Shown in pieces: positions 1 to 10,784 of a DNA stretch of 64,000 nucleotides (position 1 is its first letter; the number at the start of each line of letters is the position of its first letter). The notes beneath the pieces are model-generated. The model did not search any database. It was not told the DNA's origin and saw only the letters and a list, made by a program, of their open reading frames with translations. The stretch covers positions 71,300,001 through 71,364,000 of the forward strand of contig OX597820.1 in NCBI GenBank assembly GCA_951406725.2, read 5' to 3'. The DNA comes from Octopus vulgaris (taxonomy: Eukaryota). The translations under genes and the position numbers were made by a program.

Positions 1-3000
1 GCCAAACAGAGCTGGCAAACGGCCACGAACGGACGGTGCTTTTACGTGTCACCGGCACGGGGCCAGACAGAGCTGGCAACGAACACGAACTGATGGTGCT
101 TTTACGTGCCACCAACACGGGGGCCAGGCAGAGCTGGCAAACGGCCACGAGCGAATGGTGCTTTTACGTATCACCGGCACGGGTGCCAGACGAGGCTGAC
201 AGCGGACACGAACGGATGGGTCACTTAACCCCTGCTTTCTGATATATGATTTGATTTTGATTGTTCTCACTGGTCTTGCCGGGTCTTCTCACACACAGCA
301 TACTTCCATAGGTCTCGGTCTCTGGTCATTTCCTTGGTGAGACCTAGAGTTCGAAGGTCGTGCTTCACCACCTCGACCCAGGTTTTCCTGAGTCTACCTC
401 TTCCACAGGTCCCCTCAACTGCCAGGGTGTGGCACTTTTTCACACACCTATCTTCATCCATTCTCGCCACATGACCATACCAGCGCAATCGTCTCTCTTG
501 CACACAACATCTGATGCCTCTTAGGTCCAACTTTTCTCTCAAGGTACTTACACTCTGTCGACTATGAACACTGACATTACACATCCAACGGAGCATACTA
601 GCTTCATTTCTCGCGAGCTTACGCATGTCCTCAGCAGTCACGGCCCATGTTTCACTGCCATGTAGCATGGCTGTTCGTACACATGCATCATACAGTCTGC
701 CTTTTACTCTGAGCGAGAGGCCTTTAGTCACCAACAGAGGTAAGAGCTCCCTAAACTTTGCCCAGGCTATTCTTACTCTAGCCATTACACTTTCAGCACA
801 CCCACCCCCACTACTGACTTGGTCACCAAGATAACGGAAGCTATCAACTACTTCTAGTTTTTCCCTCTGGAAAGTGACGGAAGTTGTTTTCTGCAGATTT
901 TCAGAGATTAATGCTCCCGAGCATCTGCCACATACAAAAACCATCTTCCTAGTTAGCCTTCCTATGACATTGCTGCACCTCTTATGTGTCCATAGCTTAC
1001 ACTTGGTGTATCTTATAGAGTTTCTACCTACACCTTTTCTACAGATCGAGCAGGGCCATCTACCTGAAGGTGTTTGTGATTTGTCTACCTTCCTACTTAT
1101 TACGACTTTGGTTTTAGCTAGGTTGACTCTAAGGCCCTTAGATTCTAAACCATGCTTCCACACCTGAAACTTCTTCTCCAGTTCTGATAATGACTCAGCA
1201 ATTAGAGCAAGGTCATCAGCATAGAGGAGCTCCCAGGGGCATCCTGTCTTGAATTCCTCCGTTATTGCCTGGAGGACTATGATAAATAGGAGGGGGCTGA
1301 GGACTGAGCCTTGGTGGACCCCTACCTCTACCCGGAATTCTTCACTGTACTCATTGCCAACCCTCACCTTACTAGCAGCGTCCCTGTACATGGCTTGCAC
1401 AGCTCTCACTAACCATTCATCTATTCCTAGTTTCCTCATTGACCACCATATGAGGGATCGGGGGACCCTATCGAAGGCTTTCTCCATGTCAACAAAAGCC
1501 AGGTACAGGGCCTTATCTTTGGCTAGGTATTTCTCCTGCAGCTGCCTTACCAGGAATATAGCATCAGTGGTACTTTTCCCTGGCACGAAACCAAACTGCA
1601 TCTCATCTAAACTAACTCTCTCTCTAATTAGTTGGCTTATGACCCTCTCTGTAACCTTCATCACCTGATCCAACAGCTTGATACCTCTGTAATTATTTGT
1701 ATCTAGGGCATCACCTTTACCTTTGTAGCAGTTGACTATTATGCTGCTACACCAGTCATTGGGTATGACTCCTTCATGTATCACCTGATTAACTATACAG
1801 GTGACTAGGCTATAGCCGACACTACCAGATATTTTGAGCATCTCTGCAGTGATACCTGATGGGCCTGGGGCTTTCCCTGTCTTCATGCTTCTAATTGCCT
1901 TAGCTACCAAGGAACTATCAACCCTGATAGCTGGTCCCTCTGTTGGGTCAACGTTCGGCAGACTCTCTTTATCCCATTCATTTTCTTTATTCAGCAACCT
2001 TTCATAGTGGCGTCTCCAAGCCTCTCTCTTTGCATCCTCGTTTAGTGCAAGTGAACCATCTTCCATGCAAACACACTTCTCTCCCACCACATCGCAATTC
2101 TCTCTCACACACTGTCTTGCAACGCGAAACACCTCCAGTCTTTGGTCCTCACGGCACAGAACATTGGCAAATTTTTTCTTATCTGCTTCCTCTCTGGCTA
2201 GATAGACCTGTCTCCTAGCATCCCTTTTAGCAGTCTGATACAATTCCCTGCTACCACCATTCTTCCAGTGCTTCCAAGTCTGTCTCTTTTCTCTAATAGC
2301 CCTGTCTACGACACTGTTCCACCACCACGTTACCTTGGGATGAGAGGGGACTTTGCACCAGCCACAGATCTGGTCAGTGGCTCTCAGCAGGTTGTCCCTT
2401 AGAAACGTCCAGTTGCCCTCTACCCCATGTGATACTCTATCCCCTTCTACTTCGTCAAAGGCTTCAAGTAACATGTCTCTAAATCTCTGTCCATTCACAG
2501 GATCCTTAAGCTTCCAGATCCTTCTTCTCCATGTTGGTCGTCTTCTGGTTGTCCTCCTACTCCTGATCCTAAAGTCACTAACTACCAGTCTATGTTGTGG
2601 GGTACATTCTTCGCCTGGGAAGGTTTTGGCATTTATAAGTAGCCATCTCTCCCTTTGCCTGGCAAGGATGTAGTCAATTTGGCTGGTATGTTGGCCCGAT
2701 CGGTAGGTGACTAGGTGGCTGGTAGGTTTCCTGAAGTTAGTGTTGCAAATCATAAGATTATTTGCATCGCAAAACTCCAGCAGCCTGGTTCCCTCCTCGT
2801 TGCGGGAACCAGAGCCATAGCCTCCATGTACGCCATGGAAGCCCCCAGCATGTCGTCCAACGTGACCATTGAAGTCACCAGGTACAAAGAGAAGGTCTCT
2901 GTCGTTCGTCAATGAGGTAGTCTGCAGTAGAGTGTCATAGAATCGGTCTTTCTGTCCATCAGGTAGCCCCGACTGAGGAGCATAGGCTGATATAATGGTT

Positions 3001-3250
3001 GCTAAACTATGATGAAGCGCTAATCTAATCTTAAGTATTCTGTCGCATACTCTGATTACCTCAATTACTTTATCTACCCATTTCTCAGCGATAAGATACC
3101 CACGCCTCCAACCCCGTCAGTGTTCCCTGCCCAGAAAATCTTGTACCTGTGTTCCTTGCCTGTGAGGAACCTAGCAGAACCTCCTCTCCACCTTACTTCT
3201 TGCATGCAACATATATCCACACATCTCCGTTCAAGCATCTCAACTATCTC
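1..3250 (-). mobile_element. RTE-clade LINE retrotransposon, young, slightly 5'-truncated; 3'UTR runs off the window start
   Basis: The 881-aa ORF 267-2912 carries APE motifs (GDFNGHVG, SQIDYIL, QHRLVV) and RT motifs (NYRGIKLL, QFGF, DMEKAFD, GVHQGSVLSPLLF, LLYADD). Homology continues to ~3250 (EIVEMLERRCVDICCMQEVRW...GVGGVGI) across one frameshift near 3095. Bases 1-240 are 60-62-bp tandem 3'UTR units. Confidence 0.95.
267..2912 (-). CDS. RTE LINE ORF (C-terminal part of AP endonuclease + reverse transcriptase + embedded PHD-like finger); true start disrupted upstream
   Basis: Uninterrupted 881 codons with YADD. The frame stays open up to ~3094 (LIAEKWVDKVIEVIRVCDRIL...SAYAPQ), so the listed start is only an internal TTG. 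Confidence 0.9.
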   Translation of the reverse strand: MTNDRDLLFVPGDFNGHVGRHAGGFHGVHGGYGSGSRNEEGTRLLEFCDANNLMICNTNFRKPTSHLVTYRSGQHTSQIDYILARQRERWLLINAKTFPGEECTPQHRLVVSDFRIRSRRTTRRRPTWRRRIWKLKDPVNGQRFRDMLLEAFDEVEGDRVSHGVEGNWTFLRDNLLRATDQICGWCKVPSHPKVTWWWNSVVDRAIREKRQTWKHWKNGGSRELYQTAKRDARRQVYLAREEADKKKFANVLCREDQRLEVFRVARQCVRENCDVVGEKCVCMEDGSLALNEDAKREAWRRHYERLLNKENEWDKESLPNVDPTEGPAIRVDSSLVAKAIRSMKTGKAPGPSGITAEMLKISGSVGYSLVTCIVNQVIHEGVIPNDWCSSIIVNCYKGKGDALDTNNYRGIKLLDQVMKVTERVISQLIRERVSLDEMQFGFVPGKSTTDAIFLVRQLQEKYLAKDKALYLAFVDMEKAFDRVPRSLIWWSMRKLGIDEWLVRAVQAMYRDAASKVRVGNEYSEEFRVEVGVHQGSVLSPLLFIIVLQAITEEFKTGCPWELLYADDLALIAESLSELEKKFQVWKHGLESKGLRVNLAKTKVVISRKVDKSQTPSGRWPCSICRKGVGRNSIRYTKCKLWTHKRCSNVIGRLTRKMVFVCGRCSGALISENLQKTTSVTFQREKLEVVDSFRYLGDQVSSGGGCAESVMARVRIAWAKFRELLPLLVTKGLSLRVKGRLYDACVRTAMLHGSETWAVTAEDMRKLARNEASMLRWMCNVSVHSRQSVSTLREKLDLRGIRCCVQERRLRWYGHVARMDEDRCVKKCHTLAVEGTCGRGRLRKTWVEVVKHDLRTLGLTKEMTRDRDLWKYAVCEKTRQDQ

Positions 3251-4907
3251 GATAAGTATGATTATGCTGCAAACTTAGTGAATTATGTTCAATTTGCCAT
3301 TTCTCAAACACAAATTAATAGTTTGCTTCAATGCACACAACATTATGCATGAGTCTCAACTAATACTGATTTTGTTTTTGCTATTTGTATTAATTTACTC
3401 ATTAGAGATATAATTAACTTGATATACTAACTATATGAACAAAATTTTAAAAGTTGTAAAATGTTTCGGATGTTAAATTATTTACTTTTCCTTTTTATTT
3501 CAAACACTTTTGTTTTAATAAATTCATATTATGTATGAACAATAGTCATAATTTTTGCATTAACTGTAACACCATCATAATTATTCTGACATCAATAAAT
3601 AATTACAATGTGTAATTGCTGAGACTGTTGATTTTTCATGGCATCAGTTGGTGTCATGAAGAACATTCGACTTTCTGTCATTTAAACTAAGAATAACACG
3701 AGAAATGTTTTAGAAAATGATTTAATTAACTTAAACTAACTGATCAAAATTTAGAAAACTTCCTTTCTCATTTTATTATTTCTTATGCGTGTATATGTAG
3801 CTTTATGCGTGTATATGCATTTAAGTATATATGCATATATGCATTTGTGTGTATATGTTACTTAACTATACAATAGTATTTCTAGTTATGAACAACGGAG
3901 CACATGGAGGGAGAAATTAATATAAACTTTTGTGTTAATCCATATTACACACACACGCATGCGTGCACACACACATAATTCAAACAAATTATAATTTTTT
4001 AAGGACTAACCTAAAACCTATGTTTGAATATATGTTTGATTGCTTTGCCTGCATCCACACATTTTTCAAAGTCCTGTTTACTTGTATTCATCTTTATATT
4101 CAGGTTTTGGATTCTGGTGTGGTTGACTTTACATTCCAAATTCCTATGAGTTGATTAAATAATAACCAGTCAAGTACCAGTAGAACTAATCAGTTCTTAT
4201 TTTCTATAAAACGTATATCTTGTGCCTATACTCAAAACTATTAGACTGTATCTACCTTGTTGAAATAAATTTTCTAGTTTGCTCCTAGCAGAGTTGCATG
4301 CTGTTTGATCATATGCATGTGAACTACTTCTATTGATTGGTCAGCTGGAAATATTTTCTTATAGTTTTTAGCATTATGTATGTTGACCTTTGTCTTATTT
4401 TTGAAAAATTTTATATGTAATGTTCTTATAATCTATAACCTTAATGAGATGAATTAAATTTTGAGGGTTTTAATCTAGTATTTAGCATTAATCCTCATTA
4501 ACAATAATTACACTTTTCTTATGTCATTTTTGCTAAATGTTATATATTTGGCATCATTCTGAATGGAGATGAAACTTAGTTAATAGTGATTACATCTTGT
4601 TTTCTATAGCGTAGAGAAGTGGAGTCAAACTTATCCATGACCTCTATCTCTACTGACAACCTCTGATATATACTTGGATACTTGCACAGACTAAGGCATA
4701 AATTAATACTTTTCTCCTTGCCTCTCTCTATCAATTTTTTCCCCATTAGTTCTCTCTCCAGCTGCATATGCGTTTTTGTATACAGATGAAGGAAAAAGTA
4801 CTCAATATACAATGTTGAAGTTATATATATTAGAAGTTAATTTATGAATCCTTTGAGTGTCACTTTCATTGCACATGCATTCAATCAGGCAACTTTGAGA
4901 TGAATAT

Positions 4908-5400
4908 ATCATCATCATCATCATTTAACATCCGTTGTCCATGCTGGTATGGGTTGGACGGTTTCACTAGGTTGCCATGCTGGAAGGCTGCCCCAGGCTC
5001 CAGTCTGATTTAGCATGGTTTTCTATGGCTGGATGCCCTTCCTAACGCCAACCACTCTGAGCGTGTAATGGGTGCTTTTATGTGCTTCCTATCTGCCACA
5101 ACTGCGATTTTGCTTGACTTGATGGGTCTTCTTTTTAAGCATAACATAATGGCAAGGTCTTGGTCATTGCACCCGTGAGGCCCAACACTTGAAAGGAACT
5201 TGGCTACTTAGCCTCCATGAAGCCCAATGCTTGAAAGGAACTCAGCCACCTTGCATCTGTGAGGCCAAACACTCGAAACGAACTCAGCCACTTTGCCTCC
5301 TTGAGGCCCAATGCTCAAAAGGAACTCAGTGACTTTACCTCCGTCAAGCCCAACATTCAAAGGTTGATTTTTTATGTATGACCAGCATGGGTGCACTTCG
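4908..5400 (-). mobile_element. Non-autonomous RTE-3'-end element with (ATG)n tail and an internal 42-bp tandem array
   Basis: Begins with (CAT)n-TTTAACATCCGTTGTCCATGCTGG and contains GGATGCCCTTCCTAACGCC plus RTE ORF-end sequence. About 4.5 copies of a 42-bp unit at 5175-5363. Confidence 0.8.
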
Positions 5401-6162
5401 CTTGATGAGTCCTCTAAATTGTCCGAAAGCAACCGCAAATCCCAAGTTGACATCTGCTCTTCTCTCTATTCTCGTGAACTCATTTCACTCTTTTTGGATA
5501 GACTTATGATTGGTGACAAAAAATGGATCTTCGATTGAAATGTTAAACGACGTAAACAGTGGCTTGGTAAAAGGGAAAAACTCAACCACAACTGAGAAGG
5601 GAATTTCATGGGAAAAACATTCTTCTCTCTATCTGGTGAGATTGCAAAGGAGTAATTCACTTTGAATTGTTACCATCTAATACAACAATCAATGTTCAAG
5701 TCTACTGTCAGTAATTAGAGTGTTTGAACCAAGCTTTGAAAAAAAAAGACCCACTTTAGTGAATCGCAAAGGAGTGATGTTTCATCAGGACAATCCGTGA
5801 CCCCACACTGCAAAGATCACATCACAGAAGATCGAAGAACTTGGTTGGGAAAAAATTGCTCATCAACCTTATTCTCCCAACCTTGCTTCTTCAGACTACC
5901 ATTTGTTTCATAGTTTACAGAATCATTTGGGGGACATAACTTTCGCAAGCCAGGAGGAGGTTGAAACTGACATTTCAGAGTTCTTCACTTTGAAACCAAA
6001 AGTTTTACATTGATGGGATTAAAAAGCTTATAAATAGATGGAAGGAAGTCATAGATAATCAAGGAAAGTACATTGATGATTAAATTTCAATTAAATATGA
6101 CATTTTATCACTTGCTTTCTTTATTCAAAATTGGGACAGAACTTATGGGATGACCTGATATA
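5400..6162 (+). mobile_element. Decayed mariner (DD34D) transposon, 3' half with right TIR
   Basis: Degenerate motifs DRL-IGDKKWI, SIW*DCKGVIHFELL, FHQDN-*PH and HQPYSPNLASSDYHLF. Ends GAACTTATGGGATGACCTGA-TA. Confidence 0.85.
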
Positions 6163-6369
6163 TTTGCTTACCTACACATATACATACAATCATATGCATA
6201 CATACCCTTCATATGCATATACACACACATAAACACCAATAGGTAGATAAATATCCATAAATATAAAAATATAAAAATATGAATAAATAAAAATTAAAGT
6301 AAAAATATTACTAAGTTCCTGCCGTTTTATTAAATTAGAATTTTTTAAAAGGTTTAATAAAAAATAACT

Positions 6370-7071
6370 AATTAATCAATAATGTATTCACTCTTGTTGT
6401 TTACAACTTCTTCCCAATGTTCAACAAGATTTTCAATACCTCGTTGGTAGAAATCACCCTATTTCGAGTCGAAAAATTGATCCAGCCAAGCTCTCAATTC
6501 TGCATCAGTATTGAGCAAAACTCTGCACATAGCATTTGAAAGAGGTGGAAATCCGTTGGTGCCAAATCAGAATATTAGCAGGTGTGGCAGCACTTCCCAG
6601 CCATACGTTTAAATGACTGCCTTGGTCATATTGGCAATATGAGGGAAGGCGTTGTCGTGCAGCAGAAGAACTCCATGCTGACGTTTCGGTCTTTTCTCTT
6701 GAAAAGTCGTGTTGAGTCATTCCATCTGTTGAACATAGTTCCACGTTGACTGTTTGGTTCCGTTCAAGCAATTCATAATGGATAATCCCTTCCCAATCCC
6801 ACCATATGCACAACATTGTTTTACGTGGATGAAGATCTTGTTTCACGTGTCGCTTGTTTACCTGGGCTAAGGCATTCCTTCTACTGCTTCATGTTGATGT
6901 ACAGGCACCATTTTTCATCGCCAGTAACGATTCAGTAAAGAAATGATTGCTTGTGTCCATGAGGTGAGCAGTGACAAGCAAGCAAACCAGCGGAGATTGT
7001 GGCTTATTGATTTTTGTTGTCATTTAAAGCATGCGGAGCCCATGCTCCATATTCTGAACCTCTGAGTAGCA

Positions 7072-7072
<1 letters not shown>
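6370..7072 (-). mobile_element. Decayed mariner transposase fragment (second family)
   Basis: Minus-strand motifs YGAWAPHAL (WVPHEL-like), VTGDEKWC, MLCIWWDWEGIIHYELL and SDLAPTDFHLF. Cut off at its 5' side by a microsatellite at 7074. Confidence 0.85.
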
Positions 7073-7073
<1 letters not shown>

Positions 7074-7124
<51 letters not shown>

Positions 7125-7183
7125 CACACACACACATATATATATATACATACACACACACACACACACACACACATACACAT

Positions 7184-7216
<33 letters not shown>

Positions 7217-7275
7217 CATACACACACACACACACATATATATATACATACACACACACACATATATATATACAT

Positions 7276-7328
<53 letters not shown>

Positions 7329-7340
7329 TATATATGTATA
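7074..7340. repeat. Compound (AT)n/(AC)n microsatellite
   Basis: Directly visible; source of the low-complexity YI/HT/CV ORFs. Confidence 0.95.
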
Positions 7341-7341
7341 C

Positions 7342-7569
7342 ATCTTTTATCTTTCACGTGTTTCAGTCATTGGACTGTGGCCATGTTGAGGCACCACCTT
7401 GAGGAATGTTTAGTCAAATGAATTGACCCCAGTAATTTTTTTTTAAAGCCTGGTACATATTCTATCAGTCTCTTTTGCCAAACTGCTGCATTGTAGGGAC
7501 ATGAACACACCAACACCAGTTGTCAAGCAGTGATGGGAGACAAACACATACACAAACAAACACACACAT

Positions 7570-7631
<62 letters not shown>

Positions 7632-7800
7632 TTATATGACAGGCTGCTTTCAGTTTGCATCTACCAAATCAATTCACAGTATCTTTCGTTGTCACAAGGC
7701 TATTGTAGAAGACATTTGCCCAAGGTACCACACAGTGGAACTGAATCTAGAAACATATTGTTAGAAAGCAGACTTCTTATTACACAGCCATGCCTGTGTC
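7342..7800 (-). mobile_element. tRNA-derived SINE with internal (CA)n
   Basis: TTTCAGTCATTGGACTGTGGCCATG...GGCTATTGTAGAAGACATTTGCCCAAGG...CTGAATCTAGAAAC (B-box-like on minus). Same family at 7990-8477, 24890-25110 and others. Confidence 0.8.
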
Positions 7801-7989
7801 TATATAAATATGTATATATATATGCACTTATGCATTTGCGTGTGTTTGTGTGTGTATGTAAAAGCTCTACTCTCTGTATTGAGTACCCTTTCCTTCATTT
7901 GTAAGCAAAAATACATATATTCCTGCGTGCAACCAGACAAGCTAATGGTTTAAGAAGTATTGCCCAAGTGCTGATTATGTGGAAACATT

Positions 7990-8477
7990 TGTCTTTTACT
8001 TGTTTCAGTCATTGGAGTGTAGCTATGTTGGGGCACCATCTTGAAGGATTTAGTTGAATAAATTTCTCCATCATTTTTTTTTTTTATCTAAGTCTGGTAC
8101 TTATTCTATCATTGTCTTTTTACCGAGATGCTAATTTACAAGGATGTAAGCAAGCTAACATTAGTTGTCAAGTAGTGAATGAGGAACAAGTACCACCTAT
8201 AAATATCATAATCATCATTATGTATATATATACATCATCGACAATCGACATCTGTTTTCCATGCTGGCATGGGCTGACAGCTTGAGAGGAACTGGCAATA
8301 TAGTATATGGATGATGGGCTTTTTTCAGTTTCTGTCTACCAAATTCACACACAAGGCTTTGGTTGGCCTGGGGCTATAGTAGAAGACATTTTCCAAAGGT
8401 GCTACATAGTGTGACTGAACTGGGAACTATGTGATTGAAAAATCAAACTTCTTATCACACAGTTATGCCTGCACCTC
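7990..8477 (-). mobile_element. tRNA-derived SINE (same family as 7342-7800) with a nested RTE-tail fragment at ~8235-8300
   Basis: Aligns by eye to 7342-7800. Internal CATCATC...CTGTTTTCCATGCTGGCATGGG. Confidence 0.7.
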
Positions 8478-8799
8478 TTTGTTAAACTTAACTGAAAACA
8501 AGTTTTTATGTAGTGCTTTTGATATGTAATTTTATTTGCTTATATATATTTTATTGCAATGTAGTTACACATTTAAAGTTGAGAGTTACCAGATTTCTGT
8601 GTACGAAGCCTTTTTGGAACATGTTTATTGGTAATTTTAATTTTATGATTTAAGAAAATACTATCTTTATGTTGTATATATTTTTCTTGTAATTCAATGT
8701 TGCTATGCAACATATAAAGCAGAAGTAATTCTCATGAGAATTTAGCTAGAACTTTAGGGTACACATTCATTTGTTGTTCTGTAGTTTGGTGTTGTAGTG

Positions 8800-9480
8800 A
8801 AAAGATATCTGTCTAGCTCAAGAAATGATTATGCAGCATAGAGCTACCAATGAAAGAAACATGGACTTTTCAGTTCAACTACAGCTATCTTGAGGGTCTT
8901 GTTATAGATAAAAGGCAGTGATATTGGAAATAGAAGGAAGGGTCTTTAACTGAAACTGGATATCTAATGGAATGGTGAGAATGTGTGGAAAGAAAACCTC
9001 TTTTCATCTAGCACAGTCAGTCACAATAATGACTTTCATCAGATGGTGCATAAGAATTTTGACAGCTAGTCTTATATTGTTACAGAGTTTTGGTGCAGTC
9101 AAGTTTAATAGCACATAATGGGTGCTCCTACTTTCAATTGAAGGTTGTGAGGAATGGCTAGAATAGGCTGAAGGGAACTGAGATATTCTCTTAGACAGTA
9201 GGCAGTATTGTTAATGTCAGCTACAGTGTGAAGTAACTTGTACCATCTGGATTGGGCTGTTGACTGATGGTGGCACTAATATCTTGCACAATATTTTTGG
9301 CAACTAGACTGGCATGTTTAGAAAGCCACAAATGGTTTCTGTAGTTCCATGAGACTAGAATAAGCTCTCAGTATCATTTCAAGAAATGTGATTATAATTT
9401 ACATATTTTTTGTGTTTTTGACATCTCCAACACTTCTGTAGTTATGCCATAAATTTACTGAGTGAGTGAGTACTGTTAGA
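8800..9480 (-). mobile_element. Highly decayed Penelope-like RT remnant
   Basis: Minus-strand traces resembling RPIISQ-P (gtgccaccatcagtcaacagccc), L--FD-T-LY-NI and IPFSLALR. Many stops and frameshifts. Confidence 0.45.
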
Positions 9481-9867
9481 TGAATGAAGGATACAAAGAT
9501 TAATTAAGCATAACATACCAGAAAATTTACACATATTGGGCATCAAATGAGTAAATATCAGTTAGAGACTAACAAGAGAGAGATTATGATAGATTGGAGA
9601 GAGAAAGATTAAGGTGAAAGACAATCGTAAACTGATGTACTTCATATTTAACATACCTCCTCAACTACTACTCCAATACAGCTATCAGTCTACATCTTTT
9701 TTTATTAACTCATCCTTATTTTATTCCAGTAGGATGTTGGATTCTTTTTGTTCATGTCTTACTGTGGGTTGCATCTTGACCTCCGTGAGAAATCTTGTAA
9801 AGATTTGCTGCAAAATAGAAACTTTCTTTCAAGATAGACAGACAGACATTGACACTTATATGTATAC

Positions 9868-10088
9868 ACCAAGTGGGTGCTGAAAAGTTTCTGGCCTTAA
9901 GGGTATCGTGAAAGGCCTAGTTGGAAGCCCAACTTTCTGAGTTCTTTTACAGGGCTTAGAAAAACTGAAGGATTGCTGCAATAAGTGTGTGAATCTGAGA
10001 GGTGAATATGTTGAATAAAATCATTATTAACTGATCCTCCTGTATTGTCTTTTACCCAAAACCCTGAACTTTTCAGCACCCTTTTCAT
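9868..10088. mobile_element. Mariner-derived MITE
   Basis: Terminal inverted repeats GGGTGCTGAAAAGTT (~9875) and AACTTTTCAGCACCC (~10067-10081). Internal transposase 3'-end remnant (...NLRGEYVE*). Confidence 0.8.
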
Positions 10089-10372
10089 ATAGCATTATGC
10101 TATATAGTTATAATTATATAGCATAATGTATGTTTGATTCATATTTGTAAATTATATAGGAAGAATGAGTTATATATTTAAATTCATGCACATCCACAAA
10201 CATACACACACTATTGCTCACTTTATTAATTTATTACATAAATGCAGAGAAATTTTTTTAATTGGAAATTTTTTTTAAAAAGAAAAAAGTATTTTTTGAT
10301 ACATTACAAACTGAAAAAAAAAACTAGAATAAATTGATTATTATTAAATTATATAAGTATAATTATTTTCAG

Positions 10373-10486
10373 GTGTGATATTCTAAGAAAAATAGAAAAT
10401 ATCATATTAAAAATTTTGAAGTCACTTGAAAAGGGAATTATGCCTTCATTTGAATACGCTAATCATTCTTCATGGGATAATATCAA
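10373..10486 (+). CDS. SPO11: SPO11 internal coding exon (equivalent of vertebrate exon 2), 114 nt, phase 2/2
   Basis: Acceptor ttattttcAG. Translates (x)CDILRKIENIILKILKSLEKGIMPSFEYANHSSWDNI(K), which matches my recollection of human SPO11 SEVLASIENIIQDIITSLARNEAPAFTIDNRSSWENIK. Donor AA|GCAAGT gives the 114-nt/38-codon size of the vertebrate exon. Confidence 0.88.
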
Positions 10487-10784
10487 GCAAGTATTTTCAT
10501 TATGTATTTTTTAATAAAATATCATTTTCATTTTTTGCATTATTGTTTGCTAATGAAAGCATGAAAAAATTACTTTAAATCCACAGATGATACAAAATTG
10601 ATAACCAGAAGTCAAGTTTTTATAATTGCTAAAATTTTAAAGCAGTTTTGATGTTCATTATCTGTTATGTATTTTCAGTTTCATTTTTTGAATGAATTCT
10701 CTTTCAGTCTCTCTTTCCTAGCTCTTTTATAGTTATACATAAATCAATCTACCCACACACATGCTTACCTAGACATATTGGCAT

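Noticed and set aside
625-3352. Plus-strand ORFs overlapping the LINE
   Set aside because: Antisense shadows of the RTE ORF with no independent motifs.
7004-7421. Several 100-135-aa ORFs rich in YI/HT/CV (also near 23134-23722, 25047-25498, 26933-27251, 50588-50954, 52177-52578)
   Set aside because: Translations of (AT)n/(AC)n microsatellites, not genes.
3251-10372. Search for SPO11 exon 1 or promoter (including ORF 4576-4812)
   Set aside because: No ATG-bearing exon with a phase-2 donor could be identified with confidence; it probably lies upstream of the window.
10491-10496. Canonical GT donor (CAA|GTATTT) for the first SPO11 exon
   Set aside because: Gives a 118-nt exon out of frame with the 61732 exon. 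The GC site 4 nt upstream has a better +3 to +6 match (AAGT) and preserves homology.
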